Shown here: in pieces, positions 24,983-37,474 of the stretch
Layout of the letters: each line of letters starts with the position of its first letter
How positions within the stretch are numbered: the first letter of the stretch is position 1
NCBI RefSeq assembly: GCF_006345805.1
Contig: NC_043003.1
Span: 57,908,001-57,972,000, forward strand
Length of the DNA: 64,000 nt
Reading direction: 5' to 3'
DNA from: Octopus sinensis
Lineage: Eukaryota
Position numbers and translations under genes: made by a program
The notes under the pieces: generated by a model
Databases searched by the model: none
The model's input: only the letters and a program-made list of their open reading frames with translations
Told to the model about the DNA's origin: nothing

Positions 24983-25777
24983 CCACTCTCTCTCTCCCAT
25001 CTCAGCATCATTGTTGATAATAATCCAAGACAGTTTGTATCAGATGACTATTTAAAACTGTTTTCTTTGTTTGTTGAGGGTTAATTTGCTTGACGTTACA
25101 TCATGTGTCGAGATGCTTAAGCGATTGCTTTTCATAAACTTTTAAAGGTCTCCAGAGACGGCAGAAATTCCTCTCTTTCCACATTCTTTTTTTTTTTTTT
25201 CGTATTTTTTTTTTTTTTTTTTGCATATTTTCGTTCATTTATTTATTTATTTATTTATTTATTTTAGTTGCATTGTCAGCCAAGCAGAAAAATATTATCT
25301 CAAACTCATTCAAATATTTTGGCAGGGACCTTGTGAGAACTAACTACTTAAACTGCAAATTTAATGATTAATATTATTCGAGGTGTGTGGATGGATGGAC
25401 GGATGGGGGAGGGGCAAAAATAAAAAGGTAAAGAAAACAAAATATCAAGAAAATAAATAGAAAACTATAAATCAAGAAATTCTTTTCTATATATGAAAAA
25501 AAAAAAAAACTAGGCATAGTACTGACAGGTCCCAGAGGGGTACAGTGCTTGACTTGGAATCGAGTGAAAGGAAGGATCAAGTTTAGAAAACAGCAAGTAG
25601 ACTTAACCAACATAGTTGTTGTTTGATGTTGTTGGCATAATTCATCATCGTAATTGCCAAGATTATATTACTGCTACTGCTGCTACTACTGCTACCACTA
25701 TTAGTAGTGCTGCTGCAGTATTATTATCACAAAATATTGTAGCAAATTATTTATAATGATGATGATAATAATAATGA

Positions 25778-25818
<41 letters not shown>

Positions 25819-26040
25819 CATTTATATTAATAATAATAATAATAATGATTTATATATATATACTTTATATCTTGTAAAGTACTGTCTGTCTGGGGTCCTT
25901 GTTGTGACTTGACAGACAGTATAACCCCCTCCCCTCCCCACCACTATGCATATCCCCGTAGACACAATATCTTCAATCAACAACATCACGATATCGGATA
26001 CTGTGCAGTGTCTTAAATAATAACGATAATAATTGTAATA

Positions 26041-26275
26041 GCGACTGCAAGATGGATTCCTCAAGCCAGGCCTACTGGCAGGAGACCTAAGGGTGGACCA
26101 AGAATGCAAAGGTTGGATAATGTCCATAGTCTCGTTTGGTCATGCTTGAGAATCCAGCTGGAAAATCTAATGACTGTTGTATCTGATAGGACCCTATGGA
26201 GTGATGTGCCTGAGGACTCAAAACCCCACAACCCTCCCGAGGAGAGTGGGCGGAGAAGATGGATGAATGGACAAA
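26041..26275 (+). pseudogene. RTE-clade (Expander/Rex3-like) LINE 3' end (lineage 3)
   Basis: ATARWIPQARPTGRRPKGGPRMQRLDNVHSLVWSCLRIQLEN..VVSDRTLW resembles the GRRPRGRPRTRW-D C-terminus, and ends in a gatggatgaatgg tail. Confidence 0.7.
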
Positions 26276-26485
26276 ATAATTATGATAAAAATGATGATGA
26301 CGATGACGACGATGGTGACGATGATGATGACAACGACGATGATGACGACAACAATGATGACGACAATAATGAAGATGATGACGATGACGATGATGATGTC
26401 ATCGTTGTTGTCACCTTAGTCTGCTGGTTGTAGACAGCTGACACTTTCCATCATACCCAGGAAAATAAGCTGAGAGTTTTAATTA

Positions 26486-27000
26486 AATAATAATAATAAT
26501 AATAATAATAATCCTTTTTACTGTAGGCACAAAGCCTGGATTTTGTGGGGAAGGGGATTGTCAATTACAATGACACCAGTGTTTCACTGGTACTTAATTT
26601 ATCGACCCTTAAAGGATGAAAGACAAAGTTGACCTCGGTGGAATTTGAACTCAGAACATAGTGATACATGAAATACCACTAAGCATTTCGCCCAGCATTC
26701 TAAAGGTTCTGCCAGCTCATTGCCTTCATAAAAAAAAATTCTGCTTGCTCACCTCTAGTAATTCTAATACTGCTAATAATAATTATTTCTACGCAAGGGT
26801 CGAGGCCTGGAAAATGTTTTTGGAGAAGGGGGCTAGTCAATTACATTGACCCCAGTGCGTAACTGGTACTTATTTCATTGACCCCAAAAGGATGAAGGGC
26901 AAAGTCGTCTTCGGTGGAATTTGAACTCAGAATGTAGCAGCAAATGAAATACCACTAAGCATTTCACCCGGCATGCTAACGTTTCTGCCAGCTCGCTGCC
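26486..27000 (-). mobile_element. Two tandem SINE family A copies (26486-26724, 26774-27000)
   Basis: ctggtacttaatttatcgacc, ggaatttgaactcagaac and ttctgccagctc in both copies, with (TAA)n tails. Confidence 0.85.
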
Positions 27001-27004
27001 TTTA

Positions 27005-27098
27005 CTACTCTTTTATTCTTTTATTTGTTTCAGTCATTTGACTGCGGACATGCTGGAGCACCACCTTTAGTCAAACAAATGAACCCCAGGACTCAGTC
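27005..27098 (-). mobile_element. SINE family B 3' tail fragment
   Basis: ctcttttattcttttatttgtttcagtcatttgactgcggacatgctggagcacc. Confidence 0.8.
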
Positions 27099-27114
27099 TT
27101 ATAATAATAATAAT

Positions 27115-27566
27115 AAAGCCAATAGGCCAGATATAGTTGTCAGAGATCATGAAGGAAAAAAATGCTTTCTAATTGATGTATCAATACCAACAGATGACCA
27201 CATTTCTTAAAAGAAATGAAGAAACTTTCAAAATACAAAGACCTGGAAATAGAGGTAACTCAAATGTGGAAACTAAAAACAGAAACAATTCCTATCAGAG
27301 TAGGCGCATTAGGTATGATAAATAAATATTCAGACAAATACATAACAAAAACACCAGGACTTACAAATATATATAACATACAGAAAATTGGACTACTGGG
27401 CACTGCACACATCCTACGCAAAACACTTTCAATACAGTAACCATCAGAGCATCACAACAAATCCCAGCACATACCCAAGGCACACAGAGCTGCGCTCGGT
27501 AGTGAAGTGAAAGCACGCTATAAAAATAAAACTACTGAATAATAATAATAATAATAATGATGATAA
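27115..27566 (+). pseudogene. R4/Dong-like non-LTR retrotransposon 3' end (restriction-like endonuclease domain)
   Basis: KANRPDIVVRDHEGKKCFLIDVSIPTD, a 1-nt frameshift, then KEMKKLSKYKDLEIEVTQMWKLKTETIPIRVGALG...LLGTAHILRK*. Shows the PD-D/ExK-type RPD..IDV..K.KY motif. (TAA)n flanks both sides. Confidence 0.9.
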
Positions 27567-27743
27567 TCTTTTCTACTATAGGCACAAGGCCTGAAATTTG
27601 TGGGGGAAGAAGATAATCGATTACATCGACCCCAGTACACAACTAGAAAGTTAACCTCAGTGAAATTTGAACTCAGAATACAAAGGCTGATGAAATGTCA
27701 CTAAGCATTTTGCCTGACATACTACAGATTCTATCAGCTCACC
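27567..27743 (-). mobile_element. SINE family A, tail-to-tail with the Dong-like element
   Basis: ctttctactataggcacaaggcctgaaattt...gaaatttgaactcagaa...tcagctcacc. Confidence 0.75.
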
Positions 27744-28111
27744 TAGAATGATGATGATGATAATAATAATAACGTATCAGTTTTTAACACAGGGAAGAAA
27801 GAATAACATTATGATTGTGATTCTTTATTTCTCAGAGGAGTGGGGATGGAATGTGAAATTCAAGACCTTTGGCAATATCCACCGGTGTGCACTCAAAGTT
27901 TGGTTTTCTGAGACTAACCAGGAATTAAATTTCATTTGTTAGCTACACAAAAGCAGCTGCCGACATCTTGAATTTCAGATTCAATGCTATTAAACTGCGC
28001 ACCCTGAATGACATTCCGCTGCCTGTTCTTGCCAAATCTCCACAGTTCATTGAAAAAAAAAAAGCCAGCCTCACAGACATTGCAGTTTTATTAATTATCA
28101 AATATTCCTGT

Positions 28112-28500
28112 TTACTTTTTTACTTGTTTCAGTCATTTTACTGCGGCCATGCTGGAGCACTGCCTTTAGTCAAGCAAATCTACCCCTGGACTTATCCTTT
28201 GTAAGCATAGTACTTATTCTATCGGTCTCTTCTGCCGAACTGCTAAGTTACGGGGACGTAAACACACCAACATCGGTTGTCAAGCGATGTTGGAGGGACA
28301 AACACAGACACACACACTCATACATATATATATATATATATATGTATACGACAGGCTTCTTTCAGTTTCCATCTATCAAATCCCCTCACATGGCTTTGAT
28401 CAGCCCAAGGCTATAGTTGAAGACACTAGCCCAAGGTACCACGCAGTGGGACTGAACCCGGAACTATGTGGTTCGTAAGCAAGTTACTTACCACACAGCC
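28112..28500 (-). mobile_element. SINE family B
   Basis: Full layout from tacttgtttcagtcattt to cttaccacacagcc. Confidence 0.9.
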
Positions 28501-28827
28501 ACAACATTATGTATGAACATGTGAATTTGGTAAATGGAAACTGAAAGAAACCCCATCGTGTATATATGTGTGTATATGTGGTGTGTTACTGTCTTCTTGC
28601 CTTGATATCACATGACAGTTGTAAGCAAGTGTCACTGTGATGCATGCAGTGTTCATTATTTGCAGTCTTCTGCTGAGACATCTGGTTGTGGGGGAAGTAT
28701 TACTTAACTAACAAACAGGGAAGGTTGGAAACAGGAAAAGCACCCAACCTAGGAAAATCTGCCTCAAAAAATTCTGTCCAAAACATGCAAGCATGGAATA
28801 GTAGATGTTAAATAATGATAATAATAG

Positions 28828-29050
28828 TAATAATAATAATAATAATAATCTTTTCACAAGGCCTGAGGTTTATGGGCAGGGGTAAGTCGATCACATCAAC
28901 TTCAGTACATGAATGATATTTAATTTATCAACCCTGAAAGGATGAAAGGCATAGTCGACCTCAGCAGAATTTGAACTCGGGACATAAAGATGAGTGAAAT
29001 ACCGCTAAGCATTTTGTCCCGCGTACTAACAATTCTGCCAGCTCAATGCC
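28828..29050 (-). mobile_element. SINE family A
   Basis: ccctgaaaggatgaaaggcatagtcgacctcagcagaatttgaactc...ttctgccagctc. Confidence 0.85.
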
Positions 29051-29069
29051 TTAATAAAAAAAAAATATT

Positions 29070-29430
29070 AATTGTCTGTTTGTGATGATGAGCCAAGATA
29101 ACTGGGGCAAGATGAGGACAGAGCACGGTGTGTCCAGCTATGGCCAATCAGTCCGATGTGTGTTCGGAAAGCTCTGCAAAGGAGTTGGCTGTGCCCTTAC
29201 TGTGTTCGGATTTTCTATGTGTGTCCGCAACCCTGCTCTGCTCATAGGAGGTTCCACCTCTGTTGGTGCATCTGCACCCAGTAGGATGGTCTTGTGCTTG
29301 AATTTCTCTGCTGTCAGGGATTGATCTCAGAGCTCTCCAGTTAGGCCTTGAGTGTATTCTTCAAGAGCTTCCTCTGTTCACCTTGGGCTTGATACAACCG
29401 GTTTGAATGTTTAAGGGCTATGGCAAGGTG
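29070..29430 (-). pseudogene. Decayed RTE (BovB-like) LINE C-terminus with zinc-finger remnant (lineage 4)
   Basis: Minus strand, across frameshifts, reads QGEQRKLLKNTLKA*LESSEINP/DSREIQAQDHPT/W...SYEQSR... then CRAFRTHIGLIGHSWTH. This matches the GGQRKRFKDTLK and C..C..F...IGLISH..TH motifs. Confidence 0.75.
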
Positions 29431-29739
29431 GATTTTAAAATATAAAGAAAAGACCCATCGTAGACACTCCTGATTGATTTATCAGAGTGCTTGATCTAAA
29501 GAGCTTTAATGGAGCACGTTAATTTCAACGTATATTGTAACGACTTGTAAGTTCTATATTGGTACTATTTGTGTGTTGCTCATTAGGATAAGCAGGAAGC
29601 ATTGATTAATTAAATCTGTTGAGATAATCTCAACAGCAACAGATAGAAGTTCAACAACTGCTTCCAGTGTCAGCTGCTACTAAGAATTTCTTGGATTGCT
29701 TCATGATATTAAGATTTCATTTGAATGCTATTAGATTTC

Positions 29740-30390
29740 CTTACATCTTACTTTCTTCAAGAATATATGTGTATGGGCATATGTATGTGTACATATATAT
29801 ATTTGTATATGTATTACAGCATATATGCACATAAATATGTATCTACCTTTCTATCCTTATAAAAGTACATTAATACACGCACGCTCTCTTATTTACATGT
29901 ATATACATTTTTATTAATGTGTGTATATATATATATATATATTTATATATACACGTGTGTGTGTGTATGTGTATATATATATATATATAATGATGTTGAT
30001 GATAAATATATATATATATATACACACAATCATATATACCTGCATGCATATATATACATACATACTTATATACATACATACTTATATACGTACATACATA
30101 CATATATATGTTTGTGTATGTGTGTGTGTGTATATGTATATACATATGTACACAAACTTGTACATATATATTTATATAAATGTGCATGCATATATGTGTA
30201 TGTAAATGTGTGTGAGTATTTATATATATGTATATGTGTGCGTGCGTATGTGTGTGTATATATATATATAGAGAGAGAGAGAGAGGGAGGGAGGGAGAGA
30301 TGTACATGTATATATAATATACATAGATTCATAATTGTGTATATGCTTATATGTGTGTGCAACACTTATGCATGCATACACACACACACA

Positions 30391-30421
<31 letters not shown>

Positions 30422-30555
30422 TCTCTCTCCCACTCTCATCTCTCTATTACATACACAATTCCATTGTTATTGAGTTATATGTACAAATCTGTAATGTAAT
30501 TCATCTGTGCATATATATATACACACATACATCCCTTAAACAGTCTGACTGCTTC

Positions 30556-30593
<38 letters not shown>

Positions 30594-30620
30594 CACACAC
30601 TCAATCCTATACCTTTCCAT
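29740..30620. repeat. Compound (TA)/(TG)/(GA)/(CT) microsatellite block
   Basis: Directly visible. Source of the 238-aa pseudo-ORF. Confidence 0.9.
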
Positions 30621-31047
30621 TAACCAATCTTAGTCAATTATCTCCTTAGACAAGTCCTTCCTCACTACCACCACCACCACCACCACCCACTGAGTACTCT
30701 AATGCCAAGTATTGAAATCTAACCCCAGAACTGACACCTCTCTTCTGCTTGCATCTGTATTGAATTGCCAGACTGCAGGATATAGGCTTGTCAACTCTTA
30801 AATCGATGTTCTGCTTTTAAGGGGTTTCTATAAGGCGTCCTCTATAACATGCACCACATTGGATCTGTTTGCTTGTTGGTGGTGCTGTTGATGATGATGC
30901 TGCTGTAGTAGTTGTTGTTGTTGTTACTGTTGTTGTCATCGTTTCTGATTCCAGTGTTTCATTTTGGTTCTTCTACTAGATTGCCCTGATCTACTTATAT
31001 TTGCTACTACTACTACTAACGATTACTACTGCTACTACTACTATTAT

Positions 31048-31089
<42 letters not shown>

Positions 31090-31627
31090 CACTGCTATCA
31101 TCACCACTACTACAACAACTGCCACCACCACTGCTATCACCACCACTACTACTATTACTAATGACTACTACCACCACTGCTATTATCAACACCGCTACCA
31201 TTACCATTACTACAATTTTCCTCATTGTCTTAGTGTTCTTCATCATCTTCATCTTAGCCAATATTATCATCATCACAATCATTGTCATCATCACCATTGT
31301 CGTCATCATCTTCATATCATCATTACCATCATCTCTATCGTAATCGTCACCATTATATCTGCCATTATCAAACTGTTGTCATATCTATCACCATCATCAT
31401 CACCATCTTAGCCATCATCAACATAGCAATCATCAACATCATCATCACCATCATCAAAATAACCTCCATCCCCACCCCCACCGCCACCAGCGTAACAAAC
31501 AGCCCTCTGCAATCCCCTTCCCCACCTCCCTGTGCCACCACAAAAACACTCATCACCGGCTGCCACTACAACACCACCATGCCAGAGGTAGTGTCCCCCT
31601 CCACTTGACTGCTCGCCTATCTGTGAA

Positions 31628-31910
31628 AGCACACGCCTTAGTAGTTAGGGCATTTGGCTCATGATTGTAAGGTGTGTTAGTTAGATTCCCGACAACATGA
31701 TGTGTCCTTGAGCAAGTCTTTTTTTTATCCACATTGCTGCAGTCCACTCAGCTGGCAAAAATGAGTTTTACCTGTAATTCAAAGGGCCACTGAATCTCCC
31801 TAAGAACTATGTTAAAGATATACGTGTCTGTGGAGCACACAGCCACTTGCATATTACTTTCATGAACAGGTTGTTCCATTGATCAGATCAACTAGAACAC
31901 GCTATCACAA
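31628..31910 (+). mobile_element. SINE family D
   Basis: gcacacgccttagtagttagggcatttggctcatgattgtaagg head, tgtgtccttgagcaag and gtccactcagctggcaaaaatgag. Confidence 0.75.
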
Positions 31911-31979
31911 TCAGCAGAAAGCCAGGCTGTCATTCTAACTTTAAGTTGGACTCGCTGGTTATTGCTGGGAACTGTTTAA

Positions 31980-32423
31980 CCCTTTCATTACTATATTTAT
32001 TTTGAGATACTATGGCAGAAACGTTAGCACGCCGGGCGAAATGCGTAGCCGTATTTCGTCTGGCATTACGTTCTGAGTTCAAATTCCGCCGAGGTTGACT
32101 TTACCTTTCATCCTTTCAGAGTCGAAATTAAGTACCAGTTACACACTGGGGTCGATGTAATTGACTTAATCCGTTTGTCTGTCCTTGCTTGTCCCCTCTG
32201 TGTTTAGCCCCTTGTGGGCAGTAAAGAAATAACTATATGTTTCATTCAATTAATTTTAAATATAACAAAGAATTTAGTAAAATAACTTAGTTATCATTCT
32301 GCTGGTGTTAGGAACATAAATTATGACTAAGGTTTGGTGGAAGATTATATTTCAGAACTTATGAAAACAAGACATTTGTACTCAGAGCCAGAGCTGGTTT
32401 CAGCCGGGTTGGTAATGAAAGGG
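31980..32423. mobile_element. piggyBac-type MITE family 2 carrying a SINE A insertion
   Basis: TTAA at 31976-31979 and 32424-32427. Perfect 12-bp TIR CCCTTTCATTAC/GTAATGAAAGGG. Confidence 0.9.
32014..32231 (+). mobile_element. SINE family A (gtaaagaaata-tail subfamily) with 5-bp TSD
   Basis: ACTAT duplicated at 32009-32013 and 32232-32236. Confidence 0.9.
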
Positions 32424-32534
32424 TTAACTTGTTTTGTTACCAAATTCCTTTCAAAGTGCTTTACTTACTAGCAATCCTCAAGTCATAGGTTCATACAGCT
32501 GGTTTCTTGGATTCTGTGGCATATATACTCCCCC

Positions 32535-32702
32535 CTGGACAGGTCACCAGTCTGTTGTAGAGTTACTCACCTTTGCCAGGTGAATAAAATGGAGTAACGT
32601 GAAATTAAGTGCTTTACTCAAGAACACAATGCATTACCTGGTCCAGGATTTGAAACCACAATCTTACTATTAGGAATGCAACACCCTAACCATCTAAGCC
32701 AC
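32535..32702 (-). mobile_element. SINE with family D-like tRNA head
   Basis: Reverse complement reads gtggcttagatggttagggtgttgcattcc..ggtttcaaatcctggacc..tgtgttcttgagtaaagcactt. Confidence 0.65.
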
Positions 32703-32719
32703 ATATCTCTCTCTACAAT

Positions 32720-32915
32720 TGACCTGCTAGAAATAGCAACTAACCAAATCTCCTTCAGATTATTTGACACCACTATCTTAAGTAAACAAAGTTGCGTTGG
32801 ACAATTGATATGCAAGGAGATGGCAGGGACATGATGGTCACAGATGGAACCTCTTGGATGACAAGTCTTCTCGGTCAGATATGGCCTGGAGACAAAAGAG
32901 AACTCCAACAACAAC
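32720..32915 (+). mobile_element. Repeat family E
   Basis: acctgctagaaatagcaactaaccaaatctcc...ggacatgatggtcacag...cctggagacaaaa. Confidence 0.55.
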
Positions 32916-33136
32916 TATAAAGAAGAAGAGATGATGAAACAAGGGAGAAGGGGACAGTGGCAGCAGTGATGGTGCTAGAGGTGGTCGTGGTGGTCGTGGT
33001 TGGAACAAGTTCTGTTTACATGTTAGTAATGACCTCGCTCTTTCTCCCTATCTATCTCTCTTCCTTTCTGTCTTTCTCCCTAATTCTCACTAATTTGGCA
33101 CTAGCCATGCAATACTGTACTAATTTAATGCTACAC

Positions 33137-33176
<40 letters not shown>

Positions 33177-34516
33177 CATTAATTTGATGAGAGCTTATGT
33201 TGCACCACAAATGAGCAGATATTTATTATTCACTCACATGTTGAAAATATGTTGCTCATTACTCCTAAGACAAAAAAAAAACATCTTTCTCTCTTCGTCT
33301 TCCTCTTCTTCTTCTTCTTCTTCTTTTCTTCTTCTTCTTCTTCTTCTTCTTCTTCCATTGGTCTTGATCATTTCGTTTCATTTATTTTATTATATTTTTG
33401 TCCTTCATTTATTTATTATTTTTTGTTCCTTTATTTTTTTTTTTTGTTTTAATTTCTGTAATTTCTGTTTGTTTGTTTTTTCTTTTCTTTTCTTTTTTTG
33501 GGGGGGATTTATTCCTGTTAATGCATTAAACATGGGATGAAAATTTCCACCCTGCCACGTGCTCCCCCACCCTTCTGTCATTCTTTCCACTCTCCACTCT
33601 CAAAAAAAACGCAACAAAAGTTAAAAAAACAAAAATTCAAAACCCATCACCATCATCATCATCAACATCATTGATGAAAACTTTCTTGAGGCTTTCTTAG
33701 TGTTTGTGCTTTTTCATGCATGTGTATGTATATATGTATATATATATATGTGTGTATATATATGTGTGTGTTTATGTATGTGTGTATATATATATATGTG
33801 TTTATGTATATATATACATATATATATATGTGTGTGTGTGTGTATATGTATATATGTGTTTTTGCATGTATGTATATATATATATGTGTATATGTAAATG
33901 TGTGTGTGTGTGCATGCATTTTTGTTTTCCTTTAATATTTTTGCATTCTGTTTTCTTCTTCGTTATGTTTTGTTTTGGTTTTTTTTTTGTCCTTTTGTTG
34001 TATTGTTTCTTTTATCATCGCATATCATCGCATTTCACTTGGTTAAGAAAAAGAGAATTCCTTTGCATTATTTTCACTGTGCGTCGTTTCTCGTTACACA
34101 CACACACACAACCACACACTTGCACAAACGTACACATGTGCATGTGTGTATATATATGGTCACGCGTGTGTGTGCGTGTCTTTTGTTTCCTTGATGTTGT
34201 TGATTCAGTTTACAGAGTTGATTACCAAAGAGAGAGATAAGTGTAAGGAACTGTTGATTACATTTTGATGAGCAACAGCAGCAGCGATACCAGCAGCACA
34301 ATGACAACGACAACGACAATGGCAGCGATGGTGGTGGCGATGACGTTGTCTCTAATAATCTCTCAATAATGATAACTACTGACATCAAGAGAAGGATGAT
34401 GAAGGCCCAGCAAAAGCAGCCACCCAACTTGTCGATAATTAAGACACGCTAATAGACATGGCAAAGAATTCGAGGTGATTGCACTGCTCTGGTAACAAGA
34501 AACGGCAAATAATAAT

Positions 34517-34955
34517 AATAATAATAATAATGATGATGATAATAATATTAATGATTTGAAATTTTGGCATACGGCCAGCTCAACTGGTACTTGTTTTAGC
34601 GATCCCGAAAGGATGAACAGCAAAGTCAACCTCGGCAGAATTTGAACTCAGAACACAAAGACAGGCGAAATGCTGCTAAGCATTTCGCACAGCATGTTAA
34701 CGACTTGGCCACCTCACCACCTTCATAATAATAATAATAATGAGCCTTTCTACTATAGGCACAAGGCCTGGAATTTTTGGTGGGGTGGACTAGTCGAGTA
34801 CATCGACCCCCAGAATTTCACTGGTGCTTAATTTATCAACCCCGAAAGGATGAAAGGCAAAGTTGACCTTGGCGTAATTTGAACTCAGAATGAAGCGATG
34901 GGTGAAGTACCACTAAGCATTTCGCCCAGTGTGCTAACAATTCTGCCAGCTTGCC
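34517..34955 (-). mobile_element. Two tandem SINE family A copies (34517-34720, 34724-34955)
   Basis: cccgaaaggatgaa..caaagt..acct.ggc..aatttgaactcagaa in both copies, with (TAA)n tails. Confidence 0.85.
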
Positions 34956-35224
34956 ATAATAATAATAATAATAAAATAGCCCAAAATATTAAAATGAAGG
35001 ATTAGTGCATGTAGGTTGGGCAATAGGGGTACTGTACTATTAGTATAATATATGTACCAAAGAATGTATGAGATAAATGTATGAAAGGAAAATAAAATAC
35101 AGCAAAGTGTCTGTTCTTGGTGCTTTTTATCTTCAATAGTTTTAATCATTTCACTGGCCATGCTGGGGCTTCTGTCAAGCAAATCAACCTCAAATGAATT
35201 CTAGCTTTGACTGTTCCATCCAGT

Positions 35225-35580
35225 TCTTAGGTACTGTGTTCACATACCTAGAACTATATTATCCAATTCCAATGTTTGATACTTTTGAAAACAAGGTAGT
35301 GTACTTTGAAGGACATTTGGCTACTGGTTCTAGCATGTTTGCCTGATATAATGTTGTTGGTTCCTCTGATGTTAAAGTAATTTGTATGTCTTCGATTTGT
35401 ATGTCACTGCTGTTGTTCTTTAGTCCCTAGCCCCTGGTCAATCCTTATTAAGCAGACCCTATCATAACTACCCTGCACTTTTAGGGGTTTTGGAACAGTG
35501 TACCCCTGATCACAACAACAAGGAAAACAATAAACACACTGGTTTAGTTTGAGGACAATTTGACAGCTATTTCTAGCAGG
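35225..35580 (-). mobile_element. Repeat family E remnants
   Basis: tttggctactggttctagca, tttagtccctagcccctggtcaatcc..aagcagaccct and gctatttctagcaggt. Confidence 0.5.
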
Positions 35581-36001
35581 CGGAATGACAATATACAGGC
35601 TTTCTTGTTGCATCATGTTGTTCTGTATTGAGTGACACATGTATTTTCAAATCGTCCTTTGAGACATTGTAGTTACTAAAGAGCCATATGACTGCTGACA
35701 ACAGTGATTATAGGAATAATCCACATCAGAATATAAATATGTTGTATTGCAGCCAATGTCCATCAGAAGTGTGTGGGGCTAACAGTGATTAAGCTTCAAA
35801 ATGCATTAAGAATTGTACGTACGTTCACAAGCTAATGAAGAGACATCATGTACACACACATGCACACATGCCTATATATATGTGTGTGTATTTGTATATA
35901 TGTTTGTGTGTGGATATATACATAATCCACATCATTCGCTGTCATGTTGTCCATGCTGGTATGGTTTGTATAGTTAAGCAGATCCAATATAAATAAATAT
36001 A

Positions 36002-36070
<69 letters not shown>

Positions 36071-36110
36071 TATACATATACATATATATACATATACATA
36101 TATACACACA

Positions 36111-36142
<32 letters not shown>

Positions 36143-36147
36143 GATAT

Positions 36148-36378
36148 AAATGGCCCAGTGGTTAGGGCAGCGGACTCGCGGTCGTAGGATCGCGGTTTCG
36201 ATTCCCAGGCCCGGCGTTGTGAGTGTTTATTGAATGAAAACACCTAAAAGCTCCACGAGGCTCCGGCAGAGGGTGGTGAACCCTGCTGTACTCTTTCACC
36301 ACTCTTTCTTCTGTTGGCCTGCTCGCTTAGCCAGCGGGGTGGCGTCATTCAAAGACTAAAACAATGCAAACGCATTGC
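36148..36378 (+). mobile_element. SINE family C (tRNA-Arg-like head)
   Basis: ggcccagtggttagggcagcggactcgcggtcgtaggatcgcggtttcgattccc gives an A box/B box tRNA-like head, followed by a non-tRNA body. Confidence 0.85.
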
Positions 36379-36389
36379 TGGTCGATCAC

Positions 36390-36439
<50 letters not shown>

Positions 36440-36467
36440 ATATACATGTATGTATATAAGTAAGTAT

Positions 36468-36882
36468 ATCTTTTACTTGTTCCAGTCATTAGATAGTGGC
36501 CATGCTGGGGTACCACTTTGAAGAATCGTTAGTCAAATGAATCACCCCCAGTGGTTATTTTTTGCTAAGCCTAGTACTTATTCTATTGGCCTCTTTGCTG
36601 AACCGCTATGTTAACGGGACGTAAACTCACCAACATGGGTTACGGTTATCAAGTGATGGTGGGGGTACAAACACAGACACAAACATATATATATATATGT
36701 GTGTGTGTGTATATACCTACATATATAGAACAGGCTTCTTTTAGTTTCCATCTACCAAATCCACTTGCAAAGCTTACATCAGCCTGAGGTTATAATAGAA
36801 GACAATTGCCCAAGGTGCCACACAGTGGGACTGAACCCTGAACCATGTGGTTTGGGAAGCAAGATTCTTACCACACAGCCAC
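36468..36882 (-). mobile_element. SINE family B
   Basis: Full B layout. Confidence 0.85.
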
Positions 36883-36924
36883 ACTCTTTTACTCTTTTCA
36901 GCCATGCAACTGCGGTCATACTGG

Positions 36925-36959
<35 letters not shown>

Positions 36960-36964
<5 letters not shown>

Positions 36965-37130
36965 CCACTACACTCTTGCAGTGGTTGGTGTTAGGAAGGG
37001 CATTACGCTGTAGAAACATTGCTAGCTCAAATTGGAACCTGGTGCTGCCTCCTGGCTTGTCAGTCCCCAGTCAAACCATCTATCCTATGCCAGCATGGAA
37101 AACGGATGTTAAGCAATGATGATGATGATG
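36960..37130 (+). mobile_element. RTE 3'UTR fragment
   Basis: gcacccactacactc..gtggttggtgttaggaagggca...catggaaaacggatgttaagcaatgatgatg. Confidence 0.8.
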
Positions 37131-37474
37131 TGACAAGCTTCCACAAGTTTCCATCAACCAAATTCATTTACTCATAAGGAATTGTCTGGCGCTGTAGTAG
37201 AAAACATGTGGCCAAGGTACACTTCACTGTGACTGAGCTTGATACCACATGGCCTCCTACGTGATCTTCTTAACCTCACAGCCGTACATACACCTACACA
37301 CTCACACACACACACACATATATATGCATCCCCCATCCCCCACCTGTGCACTCTTCCACCAAATTCTCCTAAATTTCAGGCTCTCTTGTCGCATCACTCT
37401 TGCCATGAAAAGTGCAGTCAACTAGTTATTTACCGATTGCAAATTGGTAACAAAATGACAATATTCCTCAGAAA

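Noticed and set aside
27539-27566. Idea that SINE A is mobilised by the Dong-like element because they share a (TAA)n run
   Set aside because: They are tail-to-tail: the SINE's sense-strand tail is (TTA)n and the Dong-like tail is (TAA)n, and their 3' sequences show no similarity.
34262-34455. Plus-strand frame DEQQQQRYQQHNDND...KRRMMKAQQKQPP
   Set aside because: Partly triplet-derived, preceded by an in-frame stop and with no adjacent acceptor in that frame.
36148-36225. tRNA gene call for the SINE C head (and other SINE heads)
   Set aside because: A and B boxes are present, but the head runs into a repeated non-tRNA body and I could not form a full cloverleaf with an acceptor stem.
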